Of a stretch of 64,000 nt of DNA, positions 13,330 to 30,501 are shown piece by piece. Source of the DNA: Paraspadella gotoi (taxonomy: Eukaryota; Animalia; Chaetognatha); the NCBI GenBank assembly GCA_051294375.1, contig CM119266.1:6217431-6281430 (forward strand), written 5' to 3'. Position 1 is the stretch's first letter. Every line of letters starts with the position of its first letter. Made by a program: the position numbers and the translations under genes. A model generated the notes under the pieces. That model searched no databases. It was given only the letters and a program-made list of their open reading frames with translations, and was not told where the DNA came from.

Positions 13330-16300
13330 AGAATTAATAGTAAGAGAAAAGAGAGAGTCGAAAGCAATAAAGCTAGGAGAAATTTTAATCAATAAGGGTA
13401 TAACAACAAAAAATATAAACCCTATTATATAATAAATTGTAATTTAGTGCGACGCATTATCATTTAATTATTGTTTCTATTCAATGAATATCATATATTT
13501 AGTCAATCTTATTTGATCATTAATAAGGATTCATCCATATGAACATAATTCGATAAATAGTGGATAGTCTTAATTATAAAATATTCCATAGTAAAGCTCA
13601 AGAGGTGGTCAAGAAAGGCGGATTTAACATTCCTGTTTCGTGACAGAAAAAATCTGGGATGAAAATTGAAAAGAGCTTTGTCCGGTTCCAATCGATTTTT
13701 TCTTAAACTACCGTGTTGTATATCTAAATCTTTTTGTAATATCTAGCTGATCTCAATAGCATAGACTGTTTTTCGAGGGTTCTTTCGACGTAAAACTCTT
13801 GATCGTTAGAAATACACCATAATAATACTTATATTTAGTCAAACAACATCAGGCCAGTCTCCAGCACTATCTCATTTTGAGATACACGACTAAACATTAC
13901 TTCATTTATACAGGACAAATCATATACTACAAAAACTGATTTAAATCTTTTATTTGCTTGTGGCTCACATTACAATATATATTGGATCAAAACTCAAAAA
14001 ATCGATTATTAATAACCTAATTTATACCCTTCTGACTAATAATTAATTTAAGTACTAAAACTAACATGTAAGTAAAATCACGGACTATATCCTTACATTT
14101 GATAATACACTGCTATCACTGTACTAATTGTAACATGTATGAAAAATTGGAGGTCCAAAGACATTATCTTTTAATTAACAACAGGCAATACGTTTTTTAT
14201 TAATTATGATAAATTGTAGTGGCGTGATAATGTTATCTCAAATCTCATTTGAAAATTGTAAGGGCGAAAAATTTTATGTTCTCGCTTACAGCAGTGTCAG
14301 GTGGTGCAGGCAAGTCGGCGATACGTCAAAAAAATTTATGAGAGAACTCGACAAATTACAAGTAATTATAATAAATCTATCTATCGACTCTCGATCTATT
14401 CCGGATTGTATTAATAAGACTTCATGATGTTTGATTTCGCTTCTCTCGTTCGTCTCTTCACTGCAAGAAATCTGGTACATCTTCTCTACAATGTTTACTC
14501 TGCCTGTGTTAGCTTATTCCATACTTGGTCATGTCTTTACTTCAATTTGAACTGGTTTCTCTCGTGTCCTGAATCCTTTTTCATTCCGCTGACAGGTCAG
14601 TGTCTCGTCTGTGTTCTATCGTTAATTATATTGACTCTGAATAATATTTTTGTAAATTTCATGCATATATGGTGGATACCTCGTCTGTTTTAATGTTTAT
14701 ATCTTTATATATATATATTATTAGAAATATATATCACATTTATCGCTTTACGTCGTCACACGTTTGAGAGATTTATTACCGGCTTCGTTCACCATTGTTT
14801 TTCATACCACCTGTGTCGCTCGCCTCCTCCTCGTCGCCTCGGCGAATTACCACTACTTCTCCCAATCAATCCCCGTTAATAAGGAAAAACTACTAAGGGG
14901 GAGTTCTGTCTACTGTTTAACCAGAAAACCCAACAACAACAACAAGCCACGAGTTGGGGAAAATGGGATTTACGGCTCCGGAGCCCGGGCTGTCGAGATA
15001 GACAATCCTTCATATGCTCCACACCAGCGAGGCAGGTGAAGTGACAGAGAGAGATTGAGGTTCGTGGATTAGAAAGAGAAGGAGCAGGATGTATGAAGAA
15101 GAAAAAGATAAGAGAAGTAGAGAGAGAGCAGAGGAGACAGAGGTTAGTGAAGTAGAAGATCTCCAAAGAGAGATGAGAAGCAAAGATAAATTGTTATAGT
15201 GGTTTTGTTAATGCAGATCTCCCCGAACAGAGTTTCTCTCTTGTTACATCGTTCCAAAAATGAATCAAGGTTATTATTTTTGGGGTTCGGAAGTATGGTT
15301 ACTTATATATAATTGTTCTTTAAAGTGAACCAGTTCCATATTCGGGGGCGCGTTTCCTCCCGAAGGGTCACCAGCGGGGCTTACCGTTCTGCCTTCGGAC
15401 CTTGTCAAGAATTATTCACCCCGATGCTTAACTTACTCTTCCTTTATTAGCTGCATACACTTTCTCCACCACATAATAAATCAACCGATAATACCTGCGT
15501 TCAATATCAACCTTCTACATATACGCACTATCCCAAACAAGACACCAAAAACTACTTTTTGGTTTCTTAAAGTGCCACAGGCTTACCGAGAGACCGGAAG
15601 CCCCGACATGCCCGAAAACTTCCGTTGCACTGAAAACTCGCCCCGCCTGATCCAAATCGTACAAAACGGGTTCTTGAGGGTATCGGAGATTTCTGATAAA
15701 AAAAACCCAAAAAAAAACATTAAAATTTCAACTAAATGGGTCACTTAAATATTGAAGGAACGTAAAGACGGTCCTCTCCCACAGCGTTCTAGCCCTGATC
15801 CCCTGGGGATCGGAGGGACCGGATCTTTTGTTTTCCCGTTGCTCTATCGGCTAATTTACCTGGACGCGGGTGAGGAAGTCCGGAGTGTCGTTCCGCCTCT
15901 GTCCCATAGATAATCCTCTCCCTTCTGTTGCAGGTTTTTTTCCTGTCGCCTGTCTCTTTTCTTTCGTCCTCGCTGATTTTTGTGATTTTCTGGCGAAACT
16001 CGAGGAAGAAAACGCTAATTAGGAGCACGCTAGATACTTGACAAACAATCCCGAGCTCGTTCAGCTTTCACTCGTGTATGCAGAGATCGACGACTACGAG
16101 GACTGAGACGTCACGAAGATTGGGGAAGTGGTGCGTGGGGCGCACTGGTCGGGAAAGGGATGTAGGGCGGGGGAATAGATAGAGTTGTATGTAAACGATA
16201 GGCGAACAAACTGAGGAATCTTCAGAATATTAGAAAACCTTAAGTAAGTTACAGCACTTCACATCGATATTTTTCCCGTAATCTCTGTGTATAGTGGTAT

Positions 16301-17480
16301 CTAAGATATACCAACGTAAGGAAAGAATAATTAAGACAGCCTCCCTTTAAGGGGCGAAAAGTTAAGTTACTTTTGCATTTTATTAGGTCTATTGCAAAAT
16401 CAGAAATTATTTATAATTTTTAATTATATTGTGTTAACTTTAATTTTCATGTTGTACATATTAATGGGTTTTATCTAAATAAATTTTTGATTCCAATATA
16501 TCAATTCCTCTTAATTTTCACGGCGAAACCTTTCGCAATTACAGAGCCTAAAATTGAAATAAGCGAATACACAAAATAATATTTAAAATATATTTAGTTA
16601 TTGTCGCACAATTATTGGGAAGTAATTTATTTGAGCATAATCAATATTTATCGCTATCCTTTCTAACAAATAATAAGCTAATGATATCTATTTATAAATA
16701 ACACTGAACACAATCATTTATTTTCTAAACAGGGCAATGGATTACCTTTTGCAGTGGGAGAGAATACCCCGGGCACCTTTAATAAAAAAAATTAGGCAGC
16801 GCACAGGACGCGCTAAAATTTTATGTGAGTCCGTCTCGAATCTCAACATCACGCGACCGAAGACCGCTCTATTCCTCTGACGATCTGGCCAGACTCAGTC
16901 TGCGCAACGGTCGTTGTTTAGGCGGGGAGAAGATAAACATCTCCGAAAGGGAAACGAAAAACACCGAGAAACACAACAAAAATTAGAGTTCACTAGAAAG
17001 AAAATGTCGAAAGCAAAACAAAAACCATTAAAGACGAAACGTTTGGAAAGTCGTTAAGGGAGACGATGAAGACGACAGATGACGGAATGACGGACGACGA
17101 TACACGACGGGACGACCGACCACGCTTTTTCCATCGGGTATGTGTCTCGGGAGGAACTTTCGGGGATTACCTTCTTCGCTTGTTGATTATGTTTACGGTT
17201 TTACATCCTTAAAAAGTCGTCTGTTGGTCATCATTACACCTATCATTATCTATCATATCACTCTCAATAATTAATTTAGGGATTCTATTACAATCATCAT
17301 TATCATCGTCGTCGTCGTCATCATAAACAAGGGTGTCTTATGCTTTTGTCACTTCTCTCAGATCATCGTTAACCTTTGTTTTATTCTATCAATTTGTCAG
17401 CTTTTTCGTTTCTCTCCGCTTCCGTACAATCGAAGTCTTCGCACAATCTCTTCGTCTCTTCATGGGCATCCGGATTCGGC
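13330..17480 (+). other. Noisy, insertion-rich inverted copy of ~25280-27600 (probable long-read gap-fill artefact)
   Basis: Collinear matches to the reverse complement: 13618 gcggatttaacattcctgtttcgtgacagaaaaatctgg ~ rc 27385-27420; 15792 gccctgatcccctggggatcg ~ rc 26340-26358; 16915 tttaggcggggagaagataaacatctccgaaag ~ rc 25640-25670; 17035 gacgaaacgtttggaaagtcgttaagggagacgatg ~ rc 25550-25582. Confidence 0.85.
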
Positions 17481-20400
17481 CTGAGTGGCGACCTGCCCAA
17501 CCCTTTCCCGAACTTCTTCACTTGCCTCCTTCCATCAGCCCTCACTACAAGCGCAGGCTATCTTTGGGGATCACGTTTCCCACACAAGGTGAGAAACGTT
17601 CGGGGCTGGAGCGGCCCTTTCGAGCCACCCGCGCCTATTGGACACATCACGGGGGCTACTCCTTCCCATGGGACACACAGCCCTGGCCCGCGTGTTAATT
17701 TCCGACTCCACTACTGTCCCCGCTAGGCCCCCGACTTAGGTCCCCTGAGGGGGTGAATTTTCAACGTAACCTTTCCCCCAGGGTGTGCAAAAAATTTTTC
17801 AAAATCATAGTTAGCTCAATTTTACATTCCGGCACAATATGTGGGGGTATAAAAAGAGTATGTTTTGCCCAAATGCTCATCCGAATTTGCTTCAACAGCC
17901 GCTTAGCACTAACCTTAAGACGGGTTGGAGGAAAATAAGCTTCCCCACGCTTAAAGGAGTTTTTGGCACACCTTTGACTAAAAATTAACATGTGCATTTT
18001 TATTGAAGATTGGAAATTGACTTGTTTATGGCCGATTTTTAGAATTTATTGGGCGGTCCTGTCTACGACGTCAACTTTATTAGCTGAGACTCATCAAAGA
18101 ATTATTTCACATCAATTTGAATCTCATTTCGGAGTAGCCACAGCCCTCCAACTGGACGTCCACAGCAGCCCGCTGGAAGGATGTGAGATAGGTGAGATAA
18201 CAGTGGCATCCTGGACGGATAATATAATTCTGAACCTTCTAGTTGGTAGAATCTCTTACTTTGGACATAAGTTTTTACAACTAATGAAGTTTCCTCTATA
18301 AATCAACAAATTTCCGAGTTTTTACTCTAGTACCGCTCGCGTGTGGTTACTCTGGAGGAGGCATATAAGGTGGTTCCATTTGCTTCTTTCGGTTTTTATC
18401 TTCTGGACATAAAATTACTTTATGTGTAAAACTGGTACATTCTCCGGGTTTGGGATCAATTGACAGTACGAGGATATCTGCATGTAGAGATTGGATAGCA
18501 AAAATTGGGTCAGATAACCAAAAAAATTGGCATGAATTCAAGCGTAGGTTTCATAAAGAGCTCTCTCTGAAGGAGCTGCTATTGGGAGGGCTACACCGGG
18601 CTGCGCGGATACAAAGGACATCACCTTTTTAGACCCAATTTAGAGATGAGTAAAGAACACCCTTAATTATGTGGGCAATTTTAATTAGTGAGATAACTGA
18701 AAGGGGGAAAATTTATAGTGGGCTTATTTGGTTAAAAATAATTTATGAAAAATAGAAAGCAAAAAATGGCTGGAATGACTGTGATTACCGGGGTTACCTT
18801 GATACAGCTTAATACCAATTAAAAACTAGAAAATAATTTTGTGAATACTGCATTATGCAACAAGGGTGAGTGGGTTTGGTATCAGATAAAATTATGCTTA
18901 CAGCTAGAGGAGGAGTCGATGTGACACGGGAACAGGAACTCACAGAAGAGATTAGCGGTTGGCATTTCTAGATTCTTTGGGTCTATCGAGCGTGTGAGAG
19001 ATCGTAGCCTGGATACTGAAGCCACACATTTTGATTTAATTAACCAGTGCTAAACGTGAGTTTACAGTGTCTCACAAGGGCGGTCAGAGAACTACTGTGG
19101 GACGCACGAAAGTATTTATGGTAGATATATTTATCAGCCTGTCTCTCATAAAAGGGCAGGGACGGAGATGAACGATAGACATTGACACAGTCAACAAATA
19201 AATGAAAGAAAGCAACAGGTAAAGTATACATAACGGTATGGAGAAAAAAAAGTTAGAGAGAAACAGAAAGTTTACGAGAAAAGAGGAGGGAGATTAAAAG
19301 GATAATAACGAAGTAAAGGAAGATAAGATAGAAGTAATATATATTGTTATAACCGCGAAATAACACCAAGTAGGAGGAAAAAAACAAGAAAAACTCCTTG
19401 TTGGAAAAAAGAGGGAGAGAAGAAACTCGAGTTGAATAAACTCTTATGAAAAAAAGAAGAAACGAGCAGAAATGAAGAGGAATAGCGATAACCGCAGAAA
19501 GTACACACCGAGGAAGAGGCGAATATGAACAAGCAAAAAAGAAAAATGAGAAAAAAGAGAAAAGTAAACTAAGACGTATAGGAGAGCGGAGATTACATAA
19601 CTTATTCGCAAAAAGATTCATTGGTATTTGATTTATTAAGTAATATCTCGTCATGCTGTCGTGATCGCCCGAGAACTCAGTAATTTCCAAAACAGAGAAT
19701 AAAGAGAGAGGGCGGAATCCTTCTGGGTGTATCTCACTACGCACTGTTTTCGCGGGTAGAATAATAACTATCGGGTTCTCGGGTTCGATTATTCTACTTA
19801 CGGTAAATCACACCCACATTGGTCGTGAAGTGATAATACTGAATTAATTAGTTAACCATGCTTGACAGATATACATATTATAAAGCTCAATAATAACTTA
19901 AGTTAACTGGTGATTTATTGATTTATTACCTACCGGGTGTCGGCCTTTTCGAAATGGCCTCTCGTTGTACTTCGCGTAAAGTAGATTGTATGAGTAATAG
20001 TAGCCTTGGCTCTACCATTTGTCAACTATGCTTATATGAGCGCACTTTCTTTCTCTTGCGAACTGAGATGACAATAGCGACATAACAATACAATCGCCCA
20101 AATAGGTGCATAAGCATAGAGTGTGTGGCGGCTATAACCAATAATAAATACTAAAATCGCCCTAAAACATAAACAGGATATTAAGAGCTACCATAGACAC
20201 GGGCATGTGACCAACCTTTTGGAACGTGCAAAAGGACATCTTGATAGAGTGGGGTCCCATCGTGCTTTGAGGCTTTCAGGATTCATGTCTGGAGGCGGAC
20301 GTTCGGTGAGAGTGTTGAGGTTCTAACGAGCGGCAGTGCGTATAAAGGTTACGTGGAGAAGTGTGTCTTGTCGGTCACCTTTGGGAATTATTCAAAGGGA

Positions 20401-23400
20401 GACTGGATAGTGCTCAGCACTTCTGACTTCAGGTCGGGATCTATACTGGTGTCTGCAAGACGCCTATTGAAGACCAGGGAGTGACACTGGCCCGCGCGGC
20501 TTAGTCGCAGAAATGGGTTCGGGCAGGCGCAAAAGAGACAGGACTGGACGCCAAGGAAGTCGGATGTGAATCAGGCAGGAGGAGACGCTGAAAGCGAATG
20601 GGCGAGTGTTAGGCGAAGTTCCGATTCTCGGTAGGGAACCGCATCGAGCGAACGAATAGTAAGCCCAGAGGAGAGGACTGGTGACAGACGAGGGCGGATG
20701 AATGAACATTCGTTTCGGTACAGAGGGAGCCTAGTTATATTTCTATGTTCGGGAGTTGATGTGTTTTCAGGGGTTAATCGGTACGAGCCAGGGAGGTCCG
20801 GCCTGTCGTCTTCCAGTTATGATACCATATTAGCCAGTACGTTTCGCTGTCCCGTGTACGTCTTCGTCGATTCCGTCTCTGGGCGGGCGAGTGTCGAGGC
20901 TGTAGACCGGAGGCTGATGTTTTAGGTTAGAAGGACGAATAATTTTGCGTGGAGGTGGATCACTATCGAAGTCGGAATATTTTTAGTCACGTTTGCGCGG
21001 GCGCGTCTGAGACGCCGTTAGGCGCGTTATGTGTTGATGACTAGGAAGGCGCTGGCCGCATGCTCCGACGCGTCTTGGGAGATGCTTAAGCTGCCAGACG
21101 ACCACCGGCTAAGAGTTTTTTATCGTTGCCGAGGCGTTGCCGGTGGGTTGTGTTCGTGTTGTTCGGTGCGGCCGGTTGCGGCGGTGATGCGGGGCCGAGG
21201 AATTCCTGCCTGTGGCGGACGACGCGCGTTTTGGGGCGAAGGAAGGCGCAGTAGGTTCCCGGCGGCGGGGTGGAGGCTCGCGAATCTTGCGCAGATTCTC
21301 TTCCTCGTCGCTTCCGGTGGCGGCCGGTGACGTTCGGGGAAGTCGTCTTCTCGAATGTCCAGGTCGGAGTGCTGCTGCTGTCCGCTGTCGGGGCGCCGTG
21401 GCGCGAGGAGGCGACTCCGGTAGTGGTGCTGCGTTCGCGGGGGGCGCGGCGTGGTGGATTGCCGGCGCGGTCGGGCTGGTGGGGGCCGGGTGGGCGTGCC
21501 GGGAGACGGGGTGGCGGCGGGACGCCGGGGGTGGCGGGCGGGTGGTGCTGGGGGCGGGGCGGCGGGTGGCGGGCGGGGGATGGGGGAGTGGGAGGCGGTG
21601 GCCGTGTGCCCAGACGTGCGGGGCGGGAGGCGGGGCCGCTCGTTGTGGGGGCGGCGGTGGAGGTGCGCGGGTGGTGCGGTCGGCGGGGCGGTGCGACGCG
21701 GGGCGCGGCGGGCACGGGGCCGGGGCCGGGTGGCGGAGGTGGGCCGGCGGGTGGGGCGTGCGGTGGGGCGGTGTTGGGGCGGGGCGCCGGGTGGCCCCCT
21801 CGGTCGAGTGAGCGTGACATTATATAACAATGTAATTTTTTTTTATTATAATTAATTTAATAATTAAAAAATCTTCATCTTATAAATTTTTTTTTATTTA
21901 TTATAACACATACAATTATTCTTATTAATTTTAATATTTTTAATATTCTTTTATCTTTTTAGTTTTATTCATTTATTTTATAAATTCCATTTTCAATTAA
22001 TAACAAAACATTTATTAGCAAACTCATCAAATATATATAATTTTAATTTTCTTTCTTACTTTTTTCTCTTAATGCGCATATATTAACCAAAATATGATTC
22101 TTTTCTCATATAAAAATTTCCCCAAACCATCTTTATCTACACTAAAAATAAGTTTTCCTTTATATATCTAATAAAATATTTTCTAATTCTCTTAAAATAA
22201 CTAAAACCCATTTACAGATTTTAATATCTTAATATACCACTTTTTCATACATTCTATTATAAATCAAATATAAATTTATCTAAATCCACTTTCACCAATC
22301 ATAATCATCTTTACACTTCCTTTCTAAATTCGTTTTAACTTAATTAATAGCGCGAACAAAAGAGATAGCCTAGAAGATGTCTTTCAATTATGTCAAATCT
22401 TCTATAACTTATTTCATTTTCGTATTTCATTAACATATAAGTAACAAAAGATCGAAACGTTTTTGGTAGAAAGTTTATGATAAATCCTGTATTTTCCCTT
22501 TGCTTGTAAATATAAAATTATATTTATTTCTTAACATTTTTTTTTGTTTTTTCGATACATATCCTTACATATTGTGAATTCATCTCCACCCAAAATATAT
22601 ATACATGCTATATATATTCTCTTCTCCTTCATACTTGTCAATTTTTGCATCTAATATTCAATTTCTTCCCAAAATTTAATTTAATTCATCTCACATTCCA
22701 CTCATGTTAATTTACGTTCAAATATTTAAATATATTTTTTTTTTTTTTTTCATTTAAACCTCCATTTCCACTCCGTACTGATTCCATTTGAACTTTATTT
22801 CCTATCTCAACACAACCACTTTTCCTACCCACACATCAAATTTAATCCAATCCATACCATCCCAAATTACGTAATTATATTTTACTTTTTTTTTTTCTAA
22901 TTTTATTAACTTTACATACGTACAGACATTTTACATTTATTGACAGTACATTACTGTAGCTTTAATTCAATTTTTTTCATAATTTATCATAAAAAATTTT
23001 GAACATTTTTGTTTGCAGTCAAACTAAATTTAATTTATTAACAAAAATTTCAAAACTTTTTTTTTCTTTATATCTCTAAACATCAACTGTAAAATAAATT
23101 AAAATACAATTTCTACTATAATTTATCATAATTTCTATGTTCTTTTCATTTATAGTAATTTTAATTCCCTACAATATTTTCTTACCAGTCTTACCTTCAC
23201 AGATTTAATTATATATCCGTTAATCTTCTTTTAATGCAAAAGTCCTGTGTGAATTTATAATTTACTAAAATTCTTTTGACCTTTATTGCAGTGGCATCTT
23301 CATACTTTCAATCTTAAAACATTATGAAAATGAGATTTTATTAACGAAACAAGGAACAAACAGTTAGCTAAACTGGATAATAACAATCACTTTTCCTTGG

Positions 23401-25253
23401 TTTCAAATTGCCTTTTTTTTTATAACCTTCTTCTCTCTCTGTCGGTGCGACGGGGGGTGCCTCGGGGGTGCTTTTTTCCCACATTTTTTGAAATTTTTTA
23501 AAAATTTTTTAAAATCAATTTAAATGTCTCTTCTGAAATTCTCAACCATTTAACATTATTTTTCTTATTTAAAAATCTTTTTTTTAACACAGAACTAATT
23601 TCTTCTCTCAACCGTAATTCACACTCAATTAAATAACCATTCAACGACATACTATTTCCCTTTAAACTTAACACTTTAAAATTCTAATAATTGAAATACA
23701 AATTTTTTTTTATTTTTATTAATATTGTTTTTTTTTATTGATGCGTGAGGTTTTTTTCGCTCTTTTTCCATTTTTTTTTCCTTATTCTTATTTAACTTTA
23801 CTATATCCAATAATATTAAGCTTTTTTATTATTTTCAATTATTAATTTTCTCTTTTTTTTCTTTTTCTATTTTCCTTTTTTAATTTTATTTTAACTAATC
23901 TTATTCAATTCACTTTAATTTTATTATAAATATTTATATAATATATTGTTGCCAAAATTTCTTAAATTAAAATTATTCTTTTATAAGTTATGCGTTCATA
24001 ATTATTTTACTCGTTTTTACTTTAATTTTCCTCATTCATTTACATTACCTTAATTCACAATTATTCCTTTCCCAAATTCATTAAAATCTCTATTTTTCTT
24101 TTTTGTCTTTTCATTTTCATAAGTTTATAATATTCTTCTTTTTCATTTTAAATAAGATTATTTTCAAATAACATTTACTTTTTTCCCCTTTTTTATTTTT
24201 TCTCCAACAATTCTTCGTTTATCAATATTATACCAAAATCCATTTTTTCATAATTCATTATTCAAATATTCTCCTATTTTAATTTTATTAAGTTTATATC
24301 AAACTTTAATCATAATTTTTTTTTCATAAAATTTTAACTCAAATTATCATTTAATATTTAAAAAAATAATGTAGTTTTCTCGATTTAAATTTTGTTGAAT
24401 TTTTCTCCCATATTTCTTAATATATTCTCTTTTTAAACCTACTCTTAATTCATTCATTTTTTATCTTACCCAATTTTTTTCATTTTAACACATCATCCTT
24501 TACTTTCAATTATTCCAATTTAATTTAAATAGTAATTTTATCTAAAAATAAAAAAATTGAACAGTAAAATTATCTCTCCATTATTTAACACATCCACTAA
24601 ATAAAATCAATTTTGTTTATTTATATCATAGTGACAATAATTATTTTTAAACTTTAATGTTAAATTATTCTACCTTAATTGTTAGTAATTATATCAATGA
24701 TTTTTATCCAACTCCCATCATCCTCATCTTGCTTGTTTACCATTTTTTTAATTTCTTTTGTTTATTAAATTAATCATTTCATTTGTAATTTGTATTTTTA
24801 AATAATCTTTTTATTATTTCCTCAATTCTATAAATTTTATTTTACCTTATAAACAATTCATATTTTTTTAAACAATTAATTTTTTATTCAAATTTGGTTC
24901 CAAATAAATCCTTTAATTCTATTTTTATTCTAATTGTTTTTTTAAGCAAATTCGAGTTAATTTTTTCAAATCATTACTTTTTTATGAACCCCTACATATT
25001 TTTGCCTTATTTAATTGACTACTATTGATTTTTAATTTTTTTGCACACCCTACCTACCCTCTTGCCCACTTCCCCATTCCACTCCCTGCCCCCTTCCATC
25101 CCTTCCTCTTCCCACTCCCCCTTCCCACTCCCTCCCTTCCACCCTTCCACTCTCCCCTTCCACTCCCCCTACCTTCCCACTCCCACACCCCACATCAGAC
25201 CACCCCTGCCTCCCCCTGGTCGCCCGTCGCGCCTCTGTTGTCTTCATTTTCTC

Positions 25254-25278
25254 NNNNNNNNNNNNNNNNNNNNNNNNN
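25254..25278. other. Assembly gap (25 N)
   Basis: Run of 25 N separating the noisy left part from the clean right part. Other gaps lie at 27603-27858 and 35008-35017. Confidence 0.99.
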
Positions 25279-25616
25279 TAGGCGACATCGGATGCAATGA
25301 AGATGACGAAGAAGATTGTGGAAGACTTTTGTGACAGGAGCGAAGCTGACAATGATGATAAACAGTTACGATGATTATGACAAAGATGATGTTTGATGAT
25401 GATAATAATGATGATGATAATGATGATGATGTCAATGATGACCACAACGACGTTAAGGATGAATTAACTTCAACAAGCGAATGAAATCGAAGTCAACAAA
25501 ATGGAAAAACATGGTCGTCGTCGTCGTCGTCGTCGTCATTGTCGTCGTCATCGTCTCCCTTAACGACTTCAAACGTTCGTCTTTTGTTTTTGTTTTGCTT
25601 TCGATTTTCTTTCTGC

Positions 25617-28288
<2,672 letters not shown>

Positions 28289-28773
28289 TTTATTTTTCAG
28301 ACTTCGATTTTATTCCTTTTTTTCTTTCACGTATTTTTTTTTCTCTTTTTCTTTTTAATGCGCGATTCACTTCCTGTCTTTTATTGTAGATTTTTTTTAG
28401 TAATTTGTTATTTTGTGTTTTTTGTTATTTTGTTAAACATTTCTATTTCTTTTTCTTTTTTTTTTTGAGTTTTTTTATATTTCGTTTTGTTCCTTTATTT
28501 ATTTTTTTTTAGTTTTGTTTTTTTTCATAATCTAAAAACGTTTTGCTTTGTTCTGCTCTTTCTGTTTTTTTCTTCATCTCTCTGGATGTCTTTTGTTTTT
28601 TCTCCTCCGTCGCGCCCTCTTCAGTCTTAATATCCCTTCTCGGCCAACGCCTACTTTTTTTTGGTCATCGTATCAAAAGTTATTTTTAGCTTTTTATTCT
28701 CTTTCTTCGCGGTTGTAATGGAACAGGGGCGCTTGCGGGGGACGAAATAGAAATTTAACACGCAACATAGTGT

Positions 28774-28807
<34 letters not shown>

Positions 28808-28992
28808 CTCGGGAGGAGAGAGAAGAGAGAGAGAGAGGAGAGAGAGAGAGGAGAGAGAAGAGAGAGAGAAGAGAGAGAGGAGAGAGAAGAGAGAAGAGAG
28901 TAAAGTATAGATAGATTAAAGAGAGTTGAAGGCCAGGACTTAAAAAAATTTGCTTATTTCTTTAATATAAAATTAATATTATAATTATTTAT

Positions 28993-29044
<52 letters not shown>

Positions 29045-29322
29045 TATTTATTTATATAAGTTTATAAAAGTATTTTTTTAAATTTCCCAATCGTGAAAAA
29101 GAAAGAAATGAAAGATCGTCACAGAAGATGCCTTTGTCTCTCAACGGAAAAAAAATTAGACGATTATCGAGTTCGCGTTTAAATTATTTATTATTTTTAT
29201 TAAACAATATATTTTTTATAAATCCATTCTTTTTTGTTCAAACAAAGAGAGATTGGTTTATCGAGGGGGGAAACTTTGAACCCATTTATTTTCTTACCAG
29301 AATTTCGAAAAACTGGTGGACG

Positions 29323-29432
<110 letters not shown>

Positions 29433-29496
29433 GAGTATTCGTTCCTTTTCAAATTTTACGGTTCGATTAGAATCCAGAAAAAGTAATAAGAGGCCG

Positions 29497-29572
29497 CGTC
29501 GACGCCTGTTTCGTCGACGCCTGTTTCGTCGACGCCTGTTTCGTCGACCGCCTGTTTAGTCCGCCGCCTGTT
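29497..29572. repeat. Minisatellite, 15-bp unit cgtcgacgcctgttt x~5
   Basis: Three perfect and two degenerate copies visible. Confidence 0.9.
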
Positions 29573-29659
29573 GATACCGCAGAGTGTCAGGATTTGGAAT
29601 TTGAACTTGGTCCTTGTCAATCAGCGATCCTTAAATTTAAGAACGGAATAGACAAAAGG

Positions 29660-29755
29660 TTGGCTACGTAGCATTTTGGCTACGTAGCATTTTGGCTACG
29701 TAGCATTTTGGCTCCGTAGCATTTTGGCTCCGTAGCATTTTGGCTACGTAGCATT
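29660..29755. repeat. Minisatellite, 16-bp unit ttggct(a/c)cgtagcatt x6
   Basis: Six copies; most contain the palindrome gctacgtagc. Confidence 0.92.
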
Positions 29756-30462
29756 TTTTTGGGTCAGTAACGGAAAGGAAATATGTATTTTTGAAATTGG
29801 TAGAACCAATATTAACTTCGCCTTTCATTTAATACAGTATATAATCTTTCTTGCCCCTGACTTTGGAGTTTGGACAGTCTTTGAGGGTTTAAGGCCTCCA
29901 TCACTCTTACAAGATAATAACATAGCAGGACCTTGCAAGATTTCAATCAAGACTCTCTCACAGTCACTACCAAAAGAGGTGGCTTCCCCATCGATGAAGT
30001 GGTTTAATATTTCGAAGAATGTTTCAATTTTATAAAAGAACACAATATAAGACCGCAATATAAAACCACAATTCCGTTAATTCTGTTCCAATAAAGTTTC
30101 AGCTTTCAACTGCCCACAAACTTCTGCATATATCATGACCCGAATCGATTGGCTTGATCTTTTTGCTACATTTCTTCTGCTTGGTCTTTTGCTCGTTTCT
30201 TTTCCGTTTGTTCGCCGCTCGCGATCCAACGACAAATCTGCTTTCGGCCATTTGCGCCGAAAGCCTGAGCCCGGAGGCGAGGCAGCTGCGGACGGAATCT
30301 CTCGACCGATGGTCAAATCTATTTTTAGATTTCGTCGCCATTTTGTCTCTCGTTTTTCTGTGGGGGTGAGGGGTCAATTGAGGACGAATCCCGGGGCAAA
30401 ATCTCTCTCAGGTACAACAAAAGAGAGAGAGAGTAGACGTAGATTGAAGAGAGATGAGATGA

Positions 30463-30501
<39 letters not shown>

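Noticed and set aside
17480-21030. Assorted 60-160 aa ORFs
   Set aside because: Random-looking noisy sequence continuing the artefactual read.
21031-21855. Multiple 130-240 aa GC-rich ORFs (viral or GC-island-like)
   Set aside because: G-run noise open in nearly all frames, inside the gap-fill region and abruptly joined to AT-only sequence.
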